Source of the DNA: a virus
Strand: one strand, 5' to 3'
Virus genome (UHGV): UHGV-1372088
Length of the DNA: 64,000 nucleotides
Made by a program: the position numbers and the translations under genes. The first letter of the stretch is position 1, and each line of letters begins with the position of its first letter. The notes below the pieces were generated by a model. It saw only the letters and a list, made by a program, of their open reading frames with translations, did not search any database and had not been told where the DNA came from. Shown piece by piece: positions 39,292-47,030 of the stretch.

Positions 39292-39703
39292 ACGTTTCAG
39301 CTGTTTGGGTGGTTAGGAGCATTTCCAATAACCATATCCCGGTTTCAGCCCGCAACTGACCGCCCAAACAGCTGCGTCGTGTGTGATTACTTAATGTCTC
39401 ATTTCATCTTGGGTTAATTTGAAATTGCGACGTAGCGCCTTTCTCAAAACATGAAGAGGGTTTTGAGAAAGTGCGTGCTTACGATCGGGCTTTCTTTTGC
39501 CATTGACAGTCTTCTTCAACGACTTGATATGTTGATCATAAGCCCAGCCGGGGGTGGCGTGATAACACCGGCTGATTGAGATGTTTGTCTAAGGAAGGAG
39601 ACTTTGGTATTGGTCTCCGATCTCACCTCCAGGCCATCGAATATGCCTCCGCTGTTTGGTGACAGGCTCAGTCCGTTCCCTCTTAACGATAAAAGAGGTG
39701 CAA

Positions 39704-39786
39704 GCAAACAAAGCAGTCTGGTTGACTGCGGCCGAGGAAGACGTCTTATCCGGCAGAGAGTGGTTAGATTCCGCTTGTTTGCGCCA
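39704..39786 (+). tRNA. tRNA-like gene (7-bp acceptor, D-arm, T-arm GGTTAGATTCC, encoded CCA; anticodon arm non-canonical)
   Basis: GCAAACA pairs TGTTTGC 7/7, D-stem GCAG/CTGC with GG in loop, T-stem AGTGG/CCGCT, discriminator G then CCA; anticodon region cannot be folded into a 5-bp/7-nt arm by hand. Confidence 0.35.
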
Positions 39787-39822
39787 ACCTAAAGGGCTTT
39801 TTCGAGAGTCCTTCAGATTGGA

Positions 39823-39899
39823 TACCCAATGCGACAAAACGGTAAGTCGAGAGGATGCTGAGTCCGATGATGCAGGTTCGAGTCCTGCTTGGGTGACTT
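39823..39899 (+). tRNA. tRNA-like element (acceptor, U8, D-arm, T-arm GGTTCGAGTCC; anticodon arm defective)
   Basis: TACCCAA/TTGGGTG acceptor pairing, D-stem CGAC/GTCG with GG in loop, T-stem GCAGG/CCTGC; no CCA; possible pseudo-tRNA. Confidence 0.3.
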
Positions 39900-40104
39900 A
39901 TCTAAGATGATGTGATTCCATACATCACTTAGTGTCGAGGTCTAAATGGTGCGGCCATCAACCGCGTAAACAGCCATTAGATCCGAGCCACAAGCCTCGT
40001 CTGGCACTAACGTAAAGTGCAAGTGACGTGAAATTCAGGCTGTACGGCCAGAAGAGTAGCGTCGCGAACCATAGATCAACTTCATAATTTAAAAGAGAAT
40101 ACAC

Positions 40105-40716
40105 ATGTCTGAAGTCAAGAAGGTCATTACCGTAGCTGAACGCTCCACCAAAACTCTGGTTAAAATCGTTGCTGATGGCCAGAAGGTGCTTGCTGAACTG
40201 GCCTCTATGGCTGATTCAAACGTTATTCTGGCCGAAGAGATTGAGTTTAAACAAGGTCAGCTGGCTGATATCGAAAACCAGATCGCCTCTACCGAGCGTG
40301 AAGCTAAAGCCCAGCTGCGTCTGCGTGTAATCGAAAACGAAGACAAAGTTCTGGCCGATCTGATGAAAGCGCGTGGCTATGCCGTCATCACCTTCTCTGA
40401 TCTGGATTCTCTGAACTCTGAACTGGTCGCGGCCAAAACCGATAACGAGTACGCAGTATCCGAAGCGCGTGAAGCTGGTTATCAGGCAGCAGCTGCTAAA
40501 TTTGGCGCAGAGAACCGTGAACTGGCATCCCAGCACAAAGTTGAACTGGCAGAGTTTAAGGCTCAGGCGGTTGCTAAAAACCAACGCATCTCTGACCTGG
40601 AAGCGCAGGTTTCCGAACTGCGTGGTCAGATCACCGCAGAGCGTGAAACTCGTCTGGAGATCGCTAAAGCTGATGCTGGTCGTGCAGGTGTGGTTGTGAA
40701 CGCCGGCAAGAACTAA
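40105..40716 (+). CDS. coiled-coil protein, Ala/Glu/Lys-rich
   Basis: 203-aa ORF with start context AAGAGAATACACATG, followed by two strong hairpins. Confidence 0.5.
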   Translation: MSEVKKVITVAERSTKTLVKIVADGQKVLAELASMADSNVILAEEIEFKQGQLADIENQIASTEREAKAQLRLRVIENEDKVLADLMKARGYAVITFSDLDSLNSELVAAKTDNEYAVSEAREAGYQAAAAKFGAENRELASQHKVELAEFKAQAVAKNQRISDLEAQVSELRGQITAERETRLEIAKADAGRAGVVVNAGKN

Positions 40717-40849
40717 TGTCGACTTGGCCTCTTCGGAGGCCATAGCCGAAAGACTGATTGCGATTGTTCTTTCGGCTGTGACTCGACCCATAGCAACTCC
40801 ATTGTATCGAGATAGACACGATAGAAACTTTTGTTCGCGCAAAAACCAA

Positions 40850-40873
40850 AGGAGCCGAAAGGCTCCTTTTTTG
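40850..40873 (+). terminator. rho-independent terminator
   Basis: AGGAGCCGAAAGGCTCCT hairpin + T6. Confidence 0.65.
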
Positions 40874-40887
40874 TATCAGGAGAAAGG

Positions 40888-41709
40888 ATGACCAGCAAAA
40901 CTATCAACCCACCGCTGAAGTGGCCAGGCGGGAAGCGAACCGTGATGGGGTTCATCAACCAACACTTCCCAGAGGGCCGGCGACTCATCGAGCCATTCGT
41001 CGGTGGCGGTTCCGTTTTCCTGAATGCCGGGTTTGACCGCAATCTACTGAATGACGTCAACCCGGATCTGATTAACTTTTACCGCCAGCTGGTGGCCGGT
41101 GGCGCCGGTTTCGTTGAAATGGCGAGAGAGCTGTTTTCCAAAAACAGTGAAGGCGAGTATTACGACATCCGTGAGAAATTTAGAGCGCGAGATTCTGCGC
41201 CGGATATTCAAGCAGCCTACTTCCTGTATCTCAACCGGCACTGTTTCAACGGGCTGGTCCGCTACAACCAGGCTGGTGCGTTTAATGTCGGGTATGGGAA
41301 ATACAAAGCGCCCCATTTCCCAGAGGCAGAGATGCTTGCGTTGATCCAGATGGCTGGCTTGCGAGAACTGGCGTTTGTTTGTGGCGACTTCGACAGTGTC
41401 ATAGAGGAAGCGGGGGATGGTGACGTTGTATTCTGCGATCCGCCATACGAACCCATGCCAGATAAAAATGGCTTCACAGCGTACTCAGGGGCGACCTTCA
41501 GCTTCGCGGACCAAGAGCGTCTGACTCGTCTGCTGATCGCGGCCACGGAGCGTGGGGCGCGTGTGATGATAACCAATAGCGGAGCGCCAAAGATTCTGGA
41601 GCTGTACCACAACAACGGATTCACGCAGCGCCGGTTATCCGCTCGTCGCTCCATCTCATGCTCAGATTCCGGGCGTGAGACGGTAAGTGACGTGTTGGCC
41701 ATTATTTGA
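40888..41709 (+). CDS. dam: DNA adenine methyltransferase (Dam/D12-class N6-MTase)
   Basis: N-terminal KWPGGK...EPFVGGGSVF (AdoMet-binding motif I) and catalytic DPPY motif; ATG 40888 with RBS AGGAGAAAGG. Confidence 0.8.
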   Translation: MTSKTINPPLKWPGGKRTVMGFINQHFPEGRRLIEPFVGGGSVFLNAGFDRNLLNDVNPDLINFYRQLVAGGAGFVEMARELFSKNSEGEYYDIREKFRARDSAPDIQAAYFLYLNRHCFNGLVRYNQAGAFNVGYGKYKAPHFPEAEMLALIQMAGLRELAFVCGDFDSVIEEAGDGDVVFCDPPYEPMPDKNGFTAYSGATFSFADQERLTRLLIAATERGARVMITNSGAPKILELYHNNGFTQRRLSARRSISCSDSGRETVSDVLAII

Positions 41710-41788
41710 AACACGAATATATGTAATGACATACATATGTGATAGCGGTATATTCCAGATGTCACTCATCAATTAAAGGGATTTTAAA

Positions 41789-42544
41789 ATGGGTTTACCA
41801 CGTAAGAAGGCTCGCAAAGCAGGGAAAGGGGATCACGCATTACGCGGTCGTCGCGCTGATTACATCATTGTCGATGATCTGGCAGACGTCCAGACCCCGC
41901 GCTCCAAGCGGGACAATACACCCATTGAAGCACGTAATGAGGCTCAGGGTCATTACCTGGCCAACATTCAAGCCAAGTCGCTAATCATCGCCACCGGCGA
42001 AGCCGGCTGCGGCAAAACGTTCCTGGCCACCGCGTATGCTGCGGACCGTCTGCTTGCGAAAGACGTCCAGCGCATTATTGTTACCCGCCCCGTACTGCAA
42101 GCTGAAGAAGATTTGGGCTTTCTTCCGGGTGATGTGGGTGAGAAGTTTGCCCCCTACTTCCGACCCGTCTATGACGTTCTCCAGAAGCGTCTGGGCGCGT
42201 CCTTCCTCGAATACTGTCTCAAGCCAGAAGTCGCCAAAGTAGAGATCGCCCCGTTCGCTTATATGCGTGGCCGGACGTTTGAGGACGCTGTGGTCATTCT
42301 GGATGAAGCGCAAAACGTTACACCGTCACAGATGAAAATGTTCCTGACCCGCATGGGCGAGAATGTCACCGTCATTGTGAACGGCGATGTGACACAGTGC
42401 GACCTTCCGTTGGAGATTGAGTCCGGTCTGGACGATGCTCTTCGCCGCTTCAAACCCAGCCGTGATGTGGGGATGGTCGAGTTCTCGTTAGAAGATTGCG
42501 TCCGCTCTGACCTCTGTAAAGTTGCACTAGATGCCTACCAGTAA
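41789..42544 (+). CDS. phoH: PhoH-like ATPase
   Basis: P-loop GEAGCGKTFLATAYA; PhoH-family length and downstream motifs. Confidence 0.75.
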   Translation: MGLPRKKARKAGKGDHALRGRRADYIIVDDLADVQTPRSKRDNTPIEARNEAQGHYLANIQAKSLIIATGEAGCGKTFLATAYAADRLLAKDVQRIIVTRPVLQAEEDLGFLPGDVGEKFAPYFRPVYDVLQKRLGASFLEYCLKPEVAKVEIAPFAYMRGRTFEDAVVILDEAQNVTPSQMKMFLTRMGENVTVIVNGDVTQCDLPLEIESGLDDALRRFKPSRDVGMVEFSLEDCVRSDLCKVALDAYQ

Positions 42545-42554
42545 GGAAACACAA

Positions 42555-43100
42555 ATGTCCAGAGTGGTATTGCCGAAATATCAAAGCATTAAAGTTGTGG
42601 AGGCGGCCAAGATTGCGAGAATCCACGGTCAGGTAATGCTGTTATCCTTCTGCAATCATGTAACACGCTCTGAATTGGGCCACGTTACCAAAGTTGAAGT
42701 AGAACAGAATTACATCGACAAACATCAGCCGCAAGTTGGCGGATATTACGTTCGTTACGAAGATGGATATGAGTCCTACTCACCACAAGACCCATTTGAA
42801 TCAGGTTATTTGCCGCTCGAAACCGCTATCCATGCCGCCAAAGTCGGTGCATCTTTTGGTATTGCGATCGAGATGCTGAAAGACGGCCATCGCGTCGCTC
42901 GCAAAGGCTGGAACGGCAAAGGTATGTTCTTGCGCATGGTGTCAGGCAAACAGTACGACGTCGCTTGCGGCATTGCTCGTGATCTGGAGCTGGCGCCCTG
43001 GATTGGGATGAAAACAGCGGACGATAAGTTTGTTCCCTGGCTGGCCAGCCAGAGCGATATGCTGGCTGAGGATTGGGTGATTGTGGAGGTCGCTAAATGA
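42555..43100 (+). CDS. hypothetical protein (KGWNGKG motif, DUF2829-like)
   Basis: 181-aa ORF; RKGWNGKGMFL motif recalled from a phage-associated domain of unknown function. Confidence 0.4.
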   Translation: MSRVVLPKYQSIKVVEAAKIARIHGQVMLLSFCNHVTRSELGHVTKVEVEQNYIDKHQPQVGGYYVRYEDGYESYSPQDPFESGYLPLETAIHAAKVGASFGIAIEMLKDGHRVARKGWNGKGMFLRMVSGKQYDVACGIARDLELAPWIGMKTADDKFVPWLASQSDMLAEDWVIVEVAK

Positions 43101-43342
43101 AAGACCAGCACACCAAAATCAAAGGCTATCGTGATCTGTCGGCTGAGGAAATCGCGCTGATGAACGAAGGCAAAGAGCTGGCCCAGAAAGTCGGCGAGTT
43201 CGTTGAGAAGCTGGAGCGTGCTGAGTTTGCCAAAACTGGCGATGAAGTACCGGACAAACGCTGGCTTGCCATCGGTAAAACCGACCTGCAAAAAGGCTTT
43301 ATGTCTGTGATCCGCAGCATCGCAAAACCAACAACTTTCTGA
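43097..43342 (+). CDS. small hypothetical protein
   Basis: 81 aa, start overlaps previous stop. Confidence 0.35.
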   Translation: MKDQHTKIKGYRDLSAEEIALMNEGKELAQKVGEFVEKLERAEFAKTGDEVPDKRWLAIGKTDLQKGFMSVIRSIAKPTTF

Positions 43343-43349
43343 GGCTGAG

Positions 43350-43568
43350 ATGACTCCAGAACAATTTGCATATTGGTTACAAGGGTTCGTCGAGCTCAAT
43401 GGCCAGCAACCGACTGACGCGCAGTGGGACAGCATTAAAGAGCACCTGCAAACCGTGTTTAAAAAGGTGACGTCGTCCGTGCCGCCTACAGGTCCAGTCC
43501 CTCGTGGTGGCCTGGAGCAGCTTCGTGGCTCGGCACTTGATCAAACTCTCTTATCATTATCTTGCTAG
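43350..43568 (+). CDS. small hypothetical protein
   Basis: 72-aa ORF. Confidence 0.35.
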   Translation: MTPEQFAYWLQGFVELNGQQPTDAQWDSIKEHLQTVFKKVTSSVPPTGPVPRGGLEQLRGSALDQTLLSLSC

Positions 43569-43576
43569 GAAAACGC

Positions 43577-43825
43577 ATGAAAATTACCATCTACGGTAAA
43601 GAAGACTGTTCATACTGCAAACGTGCGGTTGAGCTCTCCAAACAGCTTATCGAACGTGGTTGCGCGGATTCGTACACCTACTTCAACATCGTCGAAGAGG
43701 GGTTCGACGCGGCGACACTCAGTATTATTTTGGGCCGACCGGTCCGAACCGTTCCGCAGATCCTTGTCGATGGGGTCGCCATCGGCGGGTATACGGAACT
43801 GGCCACACTCGCTACAACGCTTTAA
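43577..43825 (+). CDS. glutaredoxin/NrdH-like redoxin
   Basis: MKITIYGKEDCSYCKRA: CxxC active site in the classic glutaredoxin N-terminal context; 82 aa. Confidence 0.7.
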   Translation: MKITIYGKEDCSYCKRAVELSKQLIERGCADSYTYFNIVEEGFDAATLSIILGRPVRTVPQILVDGVAIGGYTELATLATTL

Positions 43826-43831
43826 GTCACA

Positions 43832-43860
43832 AAGGCCCGGTCTAACCGGGCCTTCTTCTC
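43832..43860 (+). terminator. rho-independent terminator
   Basis: AAGGCCCGGTCTAACCGGGCCTT hairpin then CTTCTCC. Confidence 0.6.
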
Positions 43861-43943
43861 CCCGCACCGCCTTCCTCAATTTGTAGACACGAACGCAAAA
43901 AGAGATTAAATTAGCTCTAAATTTAGAGTTAATCGGAGGTTTT

Positions 43944-44195
43944 ATGTTCACTGAAACGGTACTGGCCAAACGCACATCGTCTATTAGCGAGTTCAAGAAG
44001 AACCCGTCCGCCGCAATGAGTGAGTCGCATGGCGAGCCTGTCGCTGTCCTGAGCCACAACAAGCCGGCCTTTTACTGCGTCCCACCTGCTCTGTTTGCCC
44101 TCATGATGGACCAGATTGGCGACCAGCTCCTTCTGGATAAGGCTATGTCTCGACTGGATGATGATGAGGTGGAAGTCACCCTGGATCAGCTTTAA
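43944..44195 (+). CDS. Phd/YefM-family antitoxin
   Basis: 83 aa; ...SISEFKKNPSAAM...EPVAVLSHNKPAFYCVP matches the Phd/YefM antitoxin fold signature; acidic C-terminus; immediately upstream of toxin with TAATG overlap. Confidence 0.6.
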   Translation: MFTETVLAKRTSSISEFKKNPSAAMSESHGEPVAVLSHNKPAFYCVPPALFALMMDQIGDQLLLDKAMSRLDDDEVEVTLDQL

Positions 44196-44518
44196 TGGGC
44201 GACAATTTTACAACAAAGCTGACGTTCAAAAGGCTTGCTCTGGCCGAGTGGGAGTCGCTATCCACACCCATAAGGGATAAGTTCAAGAAGGTTTTGGCTA
44301 AGCGTCTGGAGTCACTGGATTCGCTGACGATGCCGAAAAATAGGCTCTCTCTTCAGCATAATTGCTACAAGATTAAGCTGAAGAACGACGGCTATCGTTT
44401 GGCCTATACGGTAAAAAATGACGAGTCCGGCACCGTCACCGTCGTAGTAACTGTCGTTGCGGTGGACCGCCGTGATGAAATTTACAATGAGTTGAAAAAG
44501 AGACTTAATGACGAATAG
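44195..44518 (+). CDS. RelE/ParE-family toxin
   Basis: 107 aa; C-terminal ...CYKIKLKNDGYRLAYTVKND...VTVVVTVVAVDRRDEIY matches the RelE/ParE pattern (yRirvGdyRviY...ilrighRkdvY). Confidence 0.6.
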   Translation: MGDNFTTKLTFKRLALAEWESLSTPIRDKFKKVLAKRLESLDSLTMPKNRLSLQHNCYKIKLKNDGYRLAYTVKNDESGTVTVVVTVVAVDRRDEIYNELKKRLNDE

Positions 44519-44558
44519 AGAACGGGAAAATAAACCCGCTCTGGGCATAAGGCAGAAC

Positions 44559-44867
44559 ATGACCACCGAAGAAATGCGCGACTTCCTTTTGCAAAACAAC
44601 TTTATGCGCGTCAGACAGCTGGAGGATGGAAGTTGGATCGGCACGATGAAGTTGATGTTCACCACGTCAGTTTGCATGGACATCGATGAGCTTTCCCCCT
44701 TCCGCTATCGCTGGTGCTTCGCGGACCCGGAGGAAGCGAATCACTTCTTTGATACGGCAGTCGACTTTGACGAAGTTCCGACTCGTCGAACGTCACTGAA
44801 AGGACACCGGTATCGGGGAGAGCCTTTGCTGCGCGAAAAAGACGAATTTGGATTTGATAAATGGTAG
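44559..44867 (+). CDS. hypothetical protein
   Basis: 102-aa ORF from ATG 44559. Confidence 0.35.
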   Translation: MTTEEMRDFLLQNNFMRVRQLEDGSWIGTMKLMFTTSVCMDIDELSPFRYRWCFADPEEANHFFDTAVDFDEVPTRRTSLKGHRYRGEPLLREKDEFGFDKW

Positions 44868-44903
44868 GCGCAAGCCTGCCAGAATCCACCATAACCCACC
44901 TTC

Positions 44904-44934
44904 TTGATTCCATACTTATATAGTATGGAATCAA
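44904..44934. promoter_or_regulatory. perfect 31-bp palindrome (13-bp arms TTGATTCCATACT, 5-bp AT spacer) 60 bp upstream of recombinase gene; candidate recombination site or operator
   Basis: TTGATTCCATACTTATATAGTATGGAATCAA read directly; arms are exact reverse complements. Confidence 0.55.
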
Positions 44935-44993
44935 AGGTAAAATGAAGCTATATTTGGCATCATCCTGCCACCCATTTCCTATCAGGGAGCGTT

Positions 44994-46016
44994 ATGAGCC
45001 TCGACCTCGATCACCAAAAAGCCATCGAAAACAGTTCAGTTGAGACAGTCGCCTATCTGGAACAGTGTCGGGCGATGTCCGGCAAGCAGCTGCTGGACGC
45101 CCCGGACGAAATGACATTTGAGATGGGCTTCCGCATTTTCACCAGGCTTTCACTTCTCGTCACCCGGCGCCGGCCGGAGATAGCGGTCCACTGTGTCCTG
45201 ATTCACATCATGCCGATGTTGCAATCAAAACAAATTGCCGCCATAAAGCGATCCGACATTAACAAAATCATAAATGGCCTGGTGCTGGACGGCAAGATTG
45301 TCCAGAGCCGACGAGTCTTTTCTGTTATGAAACAGTTCCTTAGCTGGTGCGAGTTCCAGGGCCACATCGAGACGTCGCCCCTGGCGTCCATCTCGCTAAA
45401 TAAGGTTGCCGGCGGCGTTCGCATGAAGCCGAGAGAGCGGATCTTGAGCGACGAAGAGATAAACCTGTTCTGGACGATGTGGGATTTGGCCGACGTTGAC
45501 GACTGCACCAAGTGGGCCGCCCGCCTCATTCTCTGTTCAGCCAGAAGACCGGATGAGGTGCTAAGGGCCAGGCGCAGTGAGTTCGATCTTGATAGAGATG
45601 TATGGAATCAGGGTACGCGCAACAAGTCCGCAAGACGACACACACTCCCCATAAGTCCAATTATGAGGGAGTGTATTGAGTCATTGTTTTTGGCCGGAGG
45701 TAACAGCGAGTGGCTGGTTCCGTCAAAAAGAAGGGAGGGCAATCCGGTATCCAAAGTGCTGATTTCTCAGGCATCACGTCGGATACAGGGATTGTCCTAC
45801 AGTGGATTTAATGAACCTTTTGAGATTCGAGACTTAAGGCGCACAGCCAGAAGTGCGTTTTCGCGCCTTAAGATCTCTCAAGAGGTAGCACGACAAATTA
45901 TGAATCACTCGCCAGAAGGTCTGGATAACGTATACAACAAGCACGACTACTTGGATGAAATGGCCGAAGCTATGTTGAAATATTCAACCTTTTTAAGAAG
46001 TTGCATTAAAGGGTAG
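44994..46016 (+). CDS. int: tyrosine site-specific recombinase/integrase
   Basis: 340 aa; C-terminal catalytic region ...RDLRRTARSAFS...IMNHSPEGLDNVYNKHDYLDE (R..HxxR...Y pattern of tyrosine recombinases). Confidence 0.75.
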   Translation: MSLDLDHQKAIENSSVETVAYLEQCRAMSGKQLLDAPDEMTFEMGFRIFTRLSLLVTRRRPEIAVHCVLIHIMPMLQSKQIAAIKRSDINKIINGLVLDGKIVQSRRVFSVMKQFLSWCEFQGHIETSPLASISLNKVAGGVRMKPRERILSDEEINLFWTMWDLADVDDCTKWAARLILCSARRPDEVLRARRSEFDLDRDVWNQGTRNKSARRHTLPISPIMRECIESLFLAGGNSEWLVPSKRREGNPVSKVLISQASRRIQGLSYSGFNEPFEIRDLRRTARSAFSRLKISQEVARQIMNHSPEGLDNVYNKHDYLDEMAEAMLKYSTFLRSCIKG

Positions 46017-46386
46017 ACTTCAGACGCTCTATCTCCGCCGTCAACTCTTCTTTGGATTTCTTCAGTAGTTCGTTTTCTTTACGGAGTGCGTCGAGGTCTG
46101 CCTCGAACTTCTTCACCATCTTCTCTTCACGGGTGGCGAAGTGGTTGAAAATGGCAGGCTCGCGTTCTTCCAGAACCATCATCATAAATTTGTGGCCGTT
46201 GATTCCAGTTGCATAGGCAAATGGAAGGACGCGGTCGAATGATAGATGTGTTTTCCCGGCCTTGATAATTGAGAGAGTGTTTACGTTGGGGAACCCCACT
46301 TCAGTCGCTATTTGACCTTGTGTTTTTCCAGAGTCGATTATAGCCGCATCCATGAGGGGGCGGTATTTGCCGATATCTACTGTCAT
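46006..46386 (-). CDS. HTH (XRE-type) transcriptional regulator with C-terminal coiled coil
   Basis: 126-aa minus-strand ORF; TQGQIATEVGFPNVNTLSII helix-turn-helix; leucine-heptad C-terminus; convergent on recombinase, facing an AT-rich 340-bp non-coding region. Confidence 0.55.
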   Translation of the reverse strand: MTVDIGKYRPLMDAAIIDSGKTQGQIATEVGFPNVNTLSIIKAGKTHLSFDRVLPFAYATGINGHKFMMMVLEEREPAIFNHFATREEKMVKKFEADLDALRKENELLKKSKEELTAEIERLKSTL

Positions 46387-46724
46387 TTAATTCACCTTTT
46401 CGATGATATTTGAAGTTTGCTGCTTGTTTGTTGTTCTATGAGAATATCTTAACTAAGTAAGTACATACAATATAGCACAGATAAATATACAGATACACAG
46501 CATAAAAACAAGTTAAGGTCATCGCCTCAATAACTACTTGTTTAGGTAGGTTTTTTTAACTTGACAACCATCAAGGCCAGTAACAATCTTTTACAAAATG
46601 GCAGAATTATGTCAAAAATGTGAATTTATTAACTTAAGAATATTCCTTTTATTGTAATTGCAGAGTATATTCACGCTTATATTTTTGATAGATGTGAGAC
46701 TTACAGGGATAAGGTTTTTGAAAT

Positions 46725-46946
46725 ATGCAAGATACAATCAATTCGCTGGAAAATTTGAAGGTTATGACCTCCCTTATCCTTTCGCGGGAGGTGGCGGCAA
46801 CACTAAGTGTTGATTATCAATTCACCCCTATCAACGAGCAATGTCAGGATCTTCTGGCCTCTGTTCTGACGTCCGGCGACAAGAAGTTCGCGGTCATGCA
46901 GCACCCCATCAACAGCACCCTGGCCATCATCTACCGCTTCGTTTAG
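46725..46946 (+). CDS. small hypothetical protein
   Basis: 73-aa ORF in otherwise non-coding AT-rich region. Confidence 0.25.
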   Translation: MQDTINSLENLKVMTSLILSREVAATLSVDYQFTPINEQCQDLLASVLTSGDKKFAVMQHPINSTLAIIYRFV

Positions 46947-47030
46947 TACGCCCCCTTACTTTGATCGTTGAGTGCCGCTGTAAGATGTTTATACTTAGTT
47001 TATAAGTAAACACTTACAGAGGCATTAGAT

